From Gemmatimonadales bacterium (GTDB lineage Bacteria; Gemmatimonadota; Gemmatimonadetes; Gemmatimonadales; GWC2-71-9): DNA of 34,753 bases. A program made the position numbers and the translations under genes. The notes below the pieces were generated by a model. That model saw only the letters and a list, made by a program, of their open reading frames with translations, did not search any database and was not told the origin of the DNA. The DNA lies in contig JAICVB010000003.1 of assembly GCA_025935545.1 (NCBI GenBank), positions 1-34,753 of the forward strand. The letters run 5' to 3'. Every line of letters begins with the position of its first letter. Within the stretch, counting starts at the first letter, position 1. Positions 19,748-28,056 of this stretch are shown here, piece after piece.

Positions 19748-21054
19748 GACTTCTTCACCTCCGCCCCCTTCGGCGCTTCGGCCGCGGCCTTCACCTTCGC
19801 GCCGTCCTTGAGGTCGCGGATCGCCTGGTAGGTGCCGGCGACGATCGTCTCGCCCTCACGCACGCCCTCGGCCACCTCGAAGTACTCGTCGCCCGCGATG
19901 CCCACCTTCACCGGCCGGAAGGTCGCGATGCCGTCGCGGACCACGAACACCCCCTCGCGGTCGCTCTTCCGCTTCGCCAGCGTGTCCCGCTTCGCCGCCG
20001 CGGCGGAGACCGGCGGCGCCGCGCCCGCGGCGGCCGACTCGTTGGGGACCGGCTGATGGTCGCGCACCGTGAGCGCGATGATGGGGATGCTCAGGGCGTT
20101 CTTCCGCGTATCGGTCACGATGCGCGCGGTGCAGCTCAGGTCCGGCCGGATCTCGCGCGGCGGGTTGGTGAGCGTGATCTCCACGTCGAAGTCCACCGCG
20201 CGGTCGGTCGACCCGCCCGACGTCTGCGTGGGCGTCAGCTGCGCGCTGTTGCTGATCTTGCTCACCCGCCCCACGAACGCCGAGTCGGGGAAGGCGTCGA
20301 TCGCCACCTCCACCGAGTCGCCGACGGCGAGGCGCACGACGTCGGTCTCGTCCACCTGGACCTTGGCCAGGATCACGGAGAGGTCGGCGATCGTCATGAG
20401 CAGGCCGGTCTCGCGGGAGAAGGTGCCCGGCACGGCCACCTCGCCCTCCTCGACCGCGAGGCGGACGACGCGCCCCGCCATCGGGGAGATGAGCCGCGTC
20501 TTGGAGAGCTGGTCCTGCGCTTCGCGCAGTCCTGCGCGCGCCTGGTCGAGCTGGGCCTGGGTGGCCCGCAGGTTCGCGTCGGCCACCGCGAGCGCCGTCT
20601 GGGCCTGCTCGACGGCCTCCGGCGAGATCAGGTTGCCGCCCGACTTGGCCATCGCACCGGCGCGCGTCATGGCGCGCTCCGCCTGGTCGCGGTTGGCCCG
20701 GGCCTGCACGGCGGAGGCCTGCGCGGAAGCCACGAGGCCCTGCGCCCGCGCGACGCCGGCCTCGTACTGCGACGGGTCGATCTGCAGCAGGAACTGTCCC
20801 TTGGTGACGAGGTCGCCCTCCTTCACGCCGATCCGGATGATGCGGCCGGTGATGTCGGCGCTGATGTCCACCTTGGTCTTCGCGTCGATCTTGCCGCTCG
20901 CGGTCACGGCGCTCACGAGGTCGTGGCGGGCGACCTTCTCCAGCCGCACCTCCGTCGCCGCGTTGCGCTTCTTGGCGCGCCCCGCCATGACGAGGCCGGC
21001 GATGCCGGCGAGGACGACGGCGAGGAAGAGGCCCAGCTTCATACCGCGGGACAT
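19744..21054 (-). CDS. Periplasmic adaptor / membrane fusion protein (MacA-like)
   Basis: N-terminal [18 protein letters not shown] lipoyl half, coiled coil, [19 protein letters not shown]. Confidence 0.95.
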   Translation of the reverse strand: MSRGMKLGLFLAVVLAGIAGLVMAGRAKKRNAATEVRLEKVARHDLVSAVTASGKIDAKTKVDISADITGRIIRIGVKEGDLVTKGQFLLQIDPSQYEAGVARAQGLVASAQASAVQARANRDQAERAMTRAGAMAKSGGNLISPEAVEQAQTALAVADANLRATQAQLDQARAGLREAQDQLSKTRLISPMAGRVVRLAVEEGEVAVPGTFSRETGLLMTIADLSVILAKVQVDETDVVRLAVGDSVEVAIDAFPDSAFVGRVSKISNSAQLTPTQTSGGSTDRAVDFDVEITLTNPPREIRPDLSCTARIVTDTRKNALSIPIIALTVRDHQPVPNESAAAGAAPPVSAAAAKRDTLAKRKSDREGVFVVRDGIATFRPVKVGIAGDEYFEVAEGVREGETIVAGTYQAIRDLKDGAKVKAAAEAPKGAEVKKS

Positions 21055-21066
21055 GATCGCTCCTGG

Positions 21067-22584
21067 TCAGCGAAGGGGTCGGCCGACCGCGAGCTCGAGG
21101 TCGGCGATGGCGATGTGGTAGCTGTACACGGCATTCACGTAGTCACCTTCGGCCCGCTGGATCGCGTTCTGCGCGTCCGAGAGCTCCAGGGCGGTCCCGC
21201 TGCCGAGGCGGTACCGGTCCTGCGCCAGCCGGAGCTGCTCCCGCGCGGCATCCCGGCTGGCCTGCTGGACCGCGATCGTGCGGTACGCGGTCTCGAGCGC
21301 GAGGAAGCGGCCCTGCACGTCGGTCCGCACCTGCAGCCCCCGCGCGCGCACGCTCTCCTCCGCATCCTCTTCCTGCGCCCGGGCCTGGGCCAGCTGGAGG
21401 TGCCGGCTGAAGCCGGTGAAGATCGGCAGCGAGATGGTGAGCCGCGCGCTGAACGGCTGGCGCGTGAAATTGAACGGGAACACGTTGTTCGAGCTGCGGA
21501 TTCCGCTGACGACATCCGGCTGCAGCTCGCTCGAGCTCAGCAGGCCGGCCGAGCCCAGGCAGTCGGGATTCGTGCTGAGTCCGGCGGAGCTCCGGATGGT
21601 GTTGTTGTCGAGGCAGCTCTGATACTGGCTCTGGGCACCGCTCAGCGCCTGGCCCATGAGCAGCGACTCGTTGGTGAACTGCTGGGTGTACCCGTTCCAT
21701 CCGGCGCTGATCGAGAGCGTCGGGAAGAACTGCGACTTCGCGCCGCTCACCGCGGCGCTGGCGGCCGACTGTCGTGCCTGCACCGCGCGGAGGGCCGGGT
21801 TCTGCTCCGCCGCCATCGCGAGCAGCTCATCGAGCTTGAAGTCGGGCGCCGTCACCGGGAACGAGTCGGTGAGCCGCACCTGGTCCACCGCCACCGGCGA
21901 CGCGACGCCCATCCGCCGGAAGAGCTCCAGCTTCGCTTCGCTCTCCGTCTGGATCGCGCGGAGCAGGGTCACCTCCGACGTGCCCTTCGTGACCTCCGCC
22001 TGCCGCACGTCCAGCAGCGTCGCCTGGCCCACCTGATAGCGCGCCTGCGCCAGCTTCAGGAAGTCCTCGTTGCGGCTCACCTGCTGGCGCGCCACGTCCA
22101 CCTGCGCCCCGGCCTGCAGCGTCTGGAGGTACTGCGTGGTGATCGACCGGCGGAGATCGGCGGCGGCGGCGCCCATGTCGGCGTCGGTCGCGCGGGCGAG
22201 CGCCTTCGCCTGGCCCAGGCCGCTCAGTACGCGGCCGCTGATCTGCATCTGGAGCCCGATGCCGTAGCTCGAGTTGTAAGAGGGAGACGTCTGGCTGAAC
22301 GTGGTGCCGCCGAAGTTCGAGTTGCCGGATCCGGTGTAGCCGAGGCCCAGACTCACGTCGGCCTGGGGCAGCAGCGCCCCGTAGGCGCTCCGCACGCCCC
22401 AGCGGGCCGGGCCGGCGTCGTTGAGGGTCTGGCGGTACGTCGGGCTGTTGGCCTTGGCCGTGGAGAGCGCCTCCGCCAGTGAAAGGCCGGCGCCGGCGGG
22501 AGGGCGCGCCGTTGTCGTATCCTGCGCGGCGGCCACGACGGGGAGGCCGGCCGTGCACGCGAGCCAGAGGTACCAGCGATTCAT
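21067..22584 (-). CDS. TolC-family outer membrane efflux protein
   Basis: Signal peptide from ATG 22584, LSLAEALSTAKANSP, ARYQVG..LLDV.QA, PIFTGF, RYRLGSGTALELSDAQ, LELAVG. Confidence 0.95.
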   Translation of the reverse strand: MNRWYLWLACTAGLPVVAAAQDTTTARPPAGAGLSLAEALSTAKANSPTYRQTLNDAGPARWGVRSAYGALLPQADVSLGLGYTGSGNSNFGGTTFSQTSPSYNSSYGIGLQMQISGRVLSGLGQAKALARATDADMGAAAADLRRSITTQYLQTLQAGAQVDVARQQVSRNEDFLKLAQARYQVGQATLLDVRQAEVTKGTSEVTLLRAIQTESEAKLELFRRMGVASPVAVDQVRLTDSFPVTAPDFKLDELLAMAAEQNPALRAVQARQSAASAAVSGAKSQFFPTLSISAGWNGYTQQFTNESLLMGQALSGAQSQYQSCLDNNTIRSSAGLSTNPDCLGSAGLLSSSELQPDVVSGIRSSNNVFPFNFTRQPFSARLTISLPIFTGFSRHLQLAQARAQEEDAEESVRARGLQVRTDVQGRFLALETAYRTIAVQQASRDAAREQLRLAQDRYRLGSGTALELSDAQNAIQRAEGDYVNAVYSYHIAIADLELAVGRPLR

Positions 22585-22622
22585 GTGCGATCCATGATTG
22601 AGGTAGGCGCGACAGGAGCTTG

Positions 22623-22649
22623 TACGGCCGCAGCGTCCCGAAGGTTTCA
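22623..22649 (-). promoter_or_regulatory. Candidate ECF-sigma promoter TGAAAC-N17-CGTA for the TolC-MFP-ABC operon
   Basis: Minus strand TGAAAC (22649-22644), 17-nt spacer, CGTA (22626-22623), ~40 nt upstream of the tolC ATG; matches the SigW/SigM-type consensus. Confidence 0.65.
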
Positions 22650-22668
22650 CCTTGGGACGCTGCGCCGC
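22626..22668. repeat. Long inverted repeat / hairpin
   Basis: Arms GCAGCGTCCC(G)AAGG and CCTT-GGGACGCTGC around a TTTCA loop, extended by flanking GC pairs; no U tract. Confidence 0.85.
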
Positions 22669-22707
22669 AATGGAGTTCCGGAGTTCAACCTGGAAGGGGC
22701 CGGGCGG

Positions 22708-23325
22708 CTACTCGCTGAGGGACGCCGTGACGCCGCCCGGGAGCTCGGCCCGAGTCAGCCGGCCCGACTCATCCACGGTCAGCGAGCCAGCGATGCCGCC
22801 TGAGAGGGTGACGCGGGTGCCGTCCTTGCGGGCCGTGAACGAGGCGCGCCGTCCCGTCCGGGGGTAGAAGCCGGTGAGCCGGACTCCCGCGGGTGTGGCC
22901 AGGTCGGCCACGGCCGTGAAGAGGGCGACGGCGTTGTCATCGAGGAGCACGACGTCGGGTCCGCCCGGCATCTCCTGCGCCGCGTCGGAGCCCTTCGCAA
23001 TCGTCTTGAGCACGATGCGCGCGCCCGCGCCGGCGGCGAGGAAGGTCACCGGGTCGGGCTTTTCGACGTCGAGCTGGAAGACGGCGAGCTGACCATCGGG
23101 CGTGCGCTCCAGTCGGGCGCCGAGCTGGCTCGCCGCCGCCGTGGCGGGATACCGGGATGCCACGGTCAGCGTCGTCCCGCTCATGCCGCGGCGCCGGCCC
23201 TGTTCGAGGGTCACCTGCTCGCGGCCGATTTCGGCGCCGTTCCGCCGCACGACGAGTGTCCCGCTCGACTGCGCAACGAGCGGCCCCGCCTGCAGGAGCA
23301 TGAGACCGGCGACAAGCGTGCGCAT
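22708..23325 (-). CDS. Exported hypothetical protein, beta-strand rich
   Basis: SD GGAAGGAG before ATG 23325; signal peptide MRTLVAGLMLLQAGPLVA-QS; alternating strand patterns. Confidence 0.8.
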   Translation of the reverse strand: MRTLVAGLMLLQAGPLVAQSSGTLVVRRNGAEIGREQVTLEQGRRRGMSGTTLTVASRYPATAAASQLGARLERTPDGQLAVFQLDVEKPDPVTFLAAGAGARIVLKTIAKGSDAAQEMPGGPDVVLLDDNAVALFTAVADLATPAGVRLTGFYPRTGRRASFTARKDGTRVTLSGGIAGSLTVDESGRLTRAELPGGVTASLSE

Positions 23326-23342
23326 GGTGACTCCTTCCGGGG

Positions 23343-24065
23343 TCAGCAATGAGTCAGGCAACGGGACACCCGCTCGAGAATCAGGGAATATACCCGTTCG
23401 CCCTTCTGGGCGGAGGCGAGACTGGGATACCCTACCGAACCCGGGGAGCCGGCCGGGAGTTCCCGGCCGAGCGACGGATCGTAGCGGCGGCCGCCGCGCC
23501 CCGGCGGCAGCGCAAAGTCCTGTGCCAGCTCCATGTGGACCAGGTCGGGCGCGATGTACAGCATGAGCGACGTGTCCAGCTCGCCGCCATGCACCGGCCC
23601 GCCGGGGCGTTCCATCACCGTAGAGAAATCCATCGCGAACACGTCGACCGCGAGGACGCTGGCCTGGTCGGCCCGGATGGTGCTCAGCGCCTCCTGGTGC
23701 GCGTCATTGTTCTGGGCCGTGAGGATGAGGAAGTGGCCGACGCCTGCCCCCTCCTCCCATGACTCGATAAGTTCGTTCATCGTCCGATGCAGGGTCTTGC
23801 GGCGGAGGGCGGCGCCGCCGGGGAACGAGCGGGTCGGCGTATGCACGCCGTACTCGACCGTCGGCGCGCGCAGCACGCCCGACCGGGCGGAGAGGTCGTC
23901 CGCCAGCCGCTCCACGATGATGGTGTCGCATCCGAGGGGCAGGTGCGGGCCGTGCTGCTCGGTCGTTCCCACCGGCACGATCAGCGCCGAATGCTCCAGC
24001 AGCCGCTCGCGCACCGCGAGAGGGGTCATCTCCTTCATGCGCCAGGGACGTCCGTCTTGAGCCAT
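23343..24065 (-). CDS. Creatininase / MftE-family amidohydrolase-like protein
   Basis: IVPVGTTEQHGPHLPLGCD, VHGGELDTSLMLY, GSVGYPSLASAQKG. Start is ATG 24065 or 24038. Confidence 0.88.
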   Translation of the reverse strand: MAQDGRPWRMKEMTPLAVRERLLEHSALIVPVGTTEQHGPHLPLGCDTIIVERLADDLSARSGVLRAPTVEYGVHTPTRSFPGGAALRRKTLHRTMNELIESWEEGAGVGHFLILTAQNNDAHQEALSTIRADQASVLAVDVFAMDFSTVMERPGGPVHGGELDTSLMLYIAPDLVHMELAQDFALPPGRGGRRYDPSLGRELPAGSPGSVGYPSLASAQKGERVYSLILERVSRCLTHC

Positions 24066-24086
24066 CGGGATCGCTGGTGGTGGGTG

Positions 24087-27000
24087 ATGGTCTCGGCGGT
24101 CGCGGTCACCGCGGCCGAGTGGCTGCGCGCGCCGGGGCCGGCCGGGGCGGGCCTCACGGTCGTCGTCTGCGCGCTGGGGGCACTCCTCCTGAGGCCCTGG
24201 CACGGCTGGATCCGCCTGATCACGCTCGCCGTACTCGCCGGCGTCGCCGGCGCCGTGGGCCTCACCCAGCGGCGTCTCACGCTCATCGAGGACGCGTGGC
24301 CCGCGCAGCGCGAGGCCCGGGTGGAGGCGGCTTCGGGCCGCCTGCGGGGCGACCTTCACGAGGCGTTCCAGCTCGCGGAGCGGCTCGCCGCACGAGCCGT
24401 GGAGGTGGCGGACGGGGCCCAAGAAGTCGCCTTCTCCCGCCTCCACGGCCTCATCCCGCAATCCGGCGTCGAGAGCGGAGTGGCGATCCTCGATCCGAAC
24501 GGTTCACCCCGCGCATGGGCGGGGCGCCAGCGGCTTCGGCCGCTCGCCACCGGCGACTCGCTCGCCGTCCGTACCACCGGATATTACCTCGTGCTGGAGA
24601 CGCGCCGCCACTCGCCGGGCGGCCGCCTGGCCGTCGCGGGAGTGCTCATCTGGGCGCACCCGGCCGTGGCGGATCGGAGCCGCAGCCTGGCCGAGCTGTT
24701 CCGCCAGCGCACGGAAGTCGGGCTGGAGGTCTATGCGCCCGGCGCCGCGCCTGATTCGCGCAACGTCTTCGACTACACCGAGCCGACCACCGCCGGGGAC
24801 CGGCTCCTGTTCAGCACCGAGCCCGTGCCGCCCACCCAGGCGGAGGCGCGCGACATTGCGGCGGCGTCGGGCGCGCGCGTGCTCGTCTGGCTGCTGCTTC
24901 TCCTCGTCGGGCTCGGGGTTGCCCTGGGGCAGTCGCCGTCGACCCGGCTCCTGGCCCTCCCCGCGGGCGCCTGGCTCGCGGTCCGCGCGCCGATCCGCGC
25001 CGCGCTCGGCGTGCATTCCCCGTTCTCGTCGACCACGTACTTCCTGCCGCTGCTCGGCCCGGTCACCAGCTCCGCTGCCGCGCTTGGCCTCACCGGCGCG
25101 CTCGTCGTGGTCGCGGCGCTGCTGTGGCGGCCGCGCGGTCGCTGGCGCGTGCCGCGCGCCGCCGCGGGCTGGCTGCTTGCCGCGCTCATGCCGCCCACGG
25201 TGGTGCTCCTCGGCCGGGGCATCACGCCGGTTGCCGCCGGGGCATCCCTCTCACTGTGGATCGCGTGGCAGCTCGCGCTCTTTCTCCCGGCCGCCGGCAT
25301 GCTGCTGATGGGCCGGGCGATGCAGGAGGGTGAGGCTGCCGGACGAATCCTGACGCCGGTCATCGCCGGAGCGGCGGCGGCACTGGCCGGCGCCGGAGCA
25401 TTGGTGCTCTGGACTCCGGCGGACGGACTGCCCGCCTGGTACCCGCTCCTCTGGATCCCCCTCGCCATTGCGGTCACGCTGCCCGCATCACGTCGCCGGG
25501 CGTTCGCGGCGATTGCCCTCGTGGCGGGTACCCTGACCGCGGCCGTCACCTGGAGTGAAGCAGTCGAGGGCCGGCTCCGCCTGGCGGAGCGGGACGTCGC
25601 CCATCTCGGCCGGGTGGAGGATGCGGCCGTGCCGCCGCTCCTCGCGAGTTTCGAGACCCGCGTCGCGGCCATACCGCGGGTCTCCCTTCAGTCGCGCATG
25701 TACACGCTCTGGGTACGCTCTCCGCTTGCCGCCGAGCGATACCCGGCACGGCTCACGCTGTGGACCCCGGCGGGCGCGCAGCTCGCGGAGCTGCCCCTCG
25801 ATCAGATCGGCGTGCCCGACTCGGCCCTCGCCCGCATGGTGCGCGAGCTGCCGCCGGCCGAGGAGCGGGCGGTGGAGCGCTTTGACGGGGTCCCCGGCGT
25901 CCACTACGTGCTCGTCGCCCGGCTCGATACGGCGTCGGTCCTCACGGTGGCGATCGGACCGCGCTCCACGCTCGTGGCGCCCGGGCGCCTCGGGCGGCTG
26001 CTGCATCCCTCAGTCGCGCGGGTCTCGCCCCAGTACCGGCTCGAGCTGCCGCCGCCCGCGCTGGATGCGGGCGCGCGCGTGTTGCCATGGCAGTGGCGCC
26101 GCGACGGCTGGAGCGTGCGGGCGGAGCGGACGCTGCCGCTGCCCGGTGGCCGGCGCCAGGTGCGCGCCTTCGTCGAGCTGCAGGACCCTGGTCCCGCGCT
26201 GGTGCGCGCCGCCCTGGTGATGGTCCTCGACCTTGCCGTGCTCCTCCTCCTCTGGATCGTGACGGCGTTCGCCGCCGGAGGTATCACGCGCCGCCTCCGC
26301 TGGCGGCAGCTCCTGCACTCGTTCCGGGTGCAGCTGACCGCGGCGCTCGCCGCGTTCTTCATCATTCCGACCGTCGCCTTCACCGCGTGGACCTTCTCGC
26401 ATTTCCAGGAGGAGGCAGAGCGCGGGCGGGACCTGCTGATCGCCCAGTCGCTGCGGGACCCCGCGCTCGCGGCCGCCAGCCTGGACTCCCTGAACGCCTC
26501 CGTGGACTCGACGCTGCGGCTCCTCGGCGACCGGATCAATGCCGACCTGGCGTTCTACCGGGGCGGCTCGTTCGTGTCCGCGAGCGCGCCGATCCTGCGC
26601 GAGCTGGGCGTGCTGGGTCCCCTCATGGACCCCGAGGCGTACCAGGCGCTCGCGCTGGAGGGCGATCTCGAAGCCACACGGGATGGTGCCATCCCGAGCC
26701 TCGCCGAACGGGTCGGGTATCGGGTGATCCAGCCGGGGCCGCCGGAGGAGGTCGGCGTGCTCGCGTCGCCGCAGGTGGCGGAGGTGGCCGGACTCGGAGC
26801 GCCGGCGCGGCAGATGGACCTCGCGCTGGTGCTGCTGCTCGCCACGCTCGCGGGGATCGGCGCGGCGGTGCTCGCGGCGGGCCGGGCCGGTCGCGCCCTC
26901 TCGCGGCCGGTGGCGGAGCTCCGCCGCTCGGCGCTCGCGCTGGGGCGGGGTCTGCCCATGCCCGACGACATCACGCCGCCGCCCTACGAATTCGAGCCGG

Positions 27001-28043
27001 TGTTCGGCGCGTTCAGCCGGATGGCCGCCGACATCAGCGCGAGCCGGGCGGCTCTCGAAGCCGCCCGCCGGCGTACGGCCGCCGTGCTGGCGACGGTTGC
27101 GACGGGCGTCGTCGGCCTCGATCCCGAGGGCCGGGTGCTGATCGCCAACCGCCAGGCCGTGGAACTCCTGGGCACGCCGCTGGAGGAAGGGTCGGTGCTC
27201 GGCGATGTGCTGGCCGACCCGTGGGGACCGCTCCTCGATGCGGTGCGCGAATTCCTCGGGCATCCCCTCCGCGCTCCCCCGGCGGCCGAGTTCACGGTGG
27301 ACCGGCGGCGCATCGCCCTGCAGATCGCGCCACTCGGTACCGACGTAAGCGGCGTGGTCCTGGCCCTCAACGACGTGACCGACCTGTCGCGCGCGGAGCG
27401 GGTGCTCGCGTGGGGCGAGATGGCGCGGCAGGTGGCGCACGAGATCAAGAACCCGCTGACGCCGCTCCGGCTCGGCATCCAGCACCTCCAGCGCGCCCAC
27501 CGCGACCGGCGGCCGGACTTCGACCGCACGCTGGAGGAAACCTCGGAGCGCATTCTCTCCGAGATCGATCGACTGGACACGATCGCGCGCGCCTTCAGCC
27601 GCTTTGCCGCGCCCGGCGCCGAGGCGCCGCCGCTCGAGCGGCTCGATCTCGTCGCGGTCGCGACCGAGGTGATCCAGCTCTACCGGCTTGCCGGGGAAGG
27701 CGCCGTGGTGGAGCTCGATGCCCCGGCCCACTTCTGGGCGCGGGCCCGCCGGGATGAAGTGAAGGAGGTCCTCGTGAACCTGCTGGAGAACGCCCGCAAC
27801 GCGGGCGCACGGCGGATTTCCGTGGCGATCCGGGGGCGCGTCATCCGGGTCGCGGACGATGGCGTCGGGGTTCCAGCCGATCAGCTGCCCAGGATCTTCG
27901 AGCCGCGGTTTTCCACCACCACGAGTGGCTCGGGCCTTGGGCTTCCCATCGTGCGGCGATTGGTAGAGGGGTGGGGCGGGACGATCGACGTCGAAAGCGA
28001 GGCAGGGAGGGGAACCGTCGCGACCGTCACGCTCCCGGAGTGA
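24087..28043 (+). CDS. Large multi-TM sensor histidine kinase (HAMP-PAS-HisKA-HATPase, NtrY-like)
   Basis: EMARQVAHEIKNPLTP H-box, NLLENA, DDGVG, IFEPRF, GSGLGL; PAS (TGVVGLDPEGRVLIANRQA); HAMP (LSRPVAEL). Start uncertain (TTG 24057, GTG 24084 or ATG 24087); the track start 23787 runs antisense into the creatininase gene. Confidence 0.93.
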   Translation: MVSAVAVTAAEWLRAPGPAGAGLTVVVCALGALLLRPWHGWIRLITLAVLAGVAGAVGLTQRRLTLIEDAWPAQREARVEAASGRLRGDLHEAFQLAERLAARAVEVADGAQEVAFSRLHGLIPQSGVESGVAILDPNGSPRAWAGRQRLRPLATGDSLAVRTTGYYLVLETRRHSPGGRLAVAGVLIWAHPAVADRSRSLAELFRQRTEVGLEVYAPGAAPDSRNVFDYTEPTTAGDRLLFSTEPVPPTQAEARDIAAASGARVLVWLLLLLVGLGVALGQSPSTRLLALPAGAWLAVRAPIRAALGVHSPFSSTTYFLPLLGPVTSSAAALGLTGALVVVAALLWRPRGRWRVPRAAAGWLLAALMPPTVVLLGRGITPVAAGASLSLWIAWQLALFLPAAGMLLMGRAMQEGEAAGRILTPVIAGAAAALAGAGALVLWTPADGLPAWYPLLWIPLAIAVTLPASRRRAFAAIALVAGTLTAAVTWSEAVEGRLRLAERDVAHLGRVEDAAVPPLLASFETRVAAIPRVSLQSRMYTLWVRSPLAAERYPARLTLWTPAGAQLAELPLDQIGVPDSALARMVRELPPAEERAVERFDGVPGVHYVLVARLDTASVLTVAIGPRSTLVAPGRLGRLLHPSVARVSPQYRLELPPPALDAGARVLPWQWRRDGWSVRAERTLPLPGGRRQVRAFVELQDPGPALVRAALVMVLDLAVLLLLWIVTAFAAGGITRRLRWRQLLHSFRVQLTAALAAFFIIPTVAFTAWTFSHFQEEAERGRDLLIAQSLRDPALAAASLDSLNASVDSTLRLLGDRINADLAFYRGGSFVSASAPILRELGVLGPLMDPEAYQALALEGDLEATRDGAIPSLAERVGYRVIQPGPPEEVGVLASPQVAEVAGLGAPARQMDLALVLLLATLAGIGAAVLAAGRAGRALSRPVAELRRSALALGRGLPMPDDITPPPYEFEPVFGAFSRMAADISASRAALEAARRRTAAVLATVATGVVGLDPEGRVLIANRQAVELLGTPLEEGSVLGDVLADPWGPLLDAVREFLGHPLRAPPAAEFTVDRRRIALQIAPLGTDVSGVVLALNDVTDLSRAERVLAWGEMARQVAHEIKNPLTPLRLGIQHLQRAHRDRRPDFDRTLEETSERILSEIDRLDTIARAFSRFAAPGAEAPPLERLDLVAVATEVIQLYRLAGEGAVVELDAPAHFWARARRDEVKEVLVNLLENARNAGARRISVAIRGRVIRVADDGVGVPADQLPRIFEPRFSTTTSGSGLGLPIVRRLVEGWGGTIDVESEAGRGTVATVTLPE

Positions 28044-28056
28044 GCGCGGCCGGGGC

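Noticed and set aside
23787-24056. N-terminal extension of the kinase as given in the ORF track (1418 aa)
   Set aside because: It is antisense to the conserved EQHGPHLP region of the creatininase-like gene; the hydrophobic kinase sequence begins near 24075.
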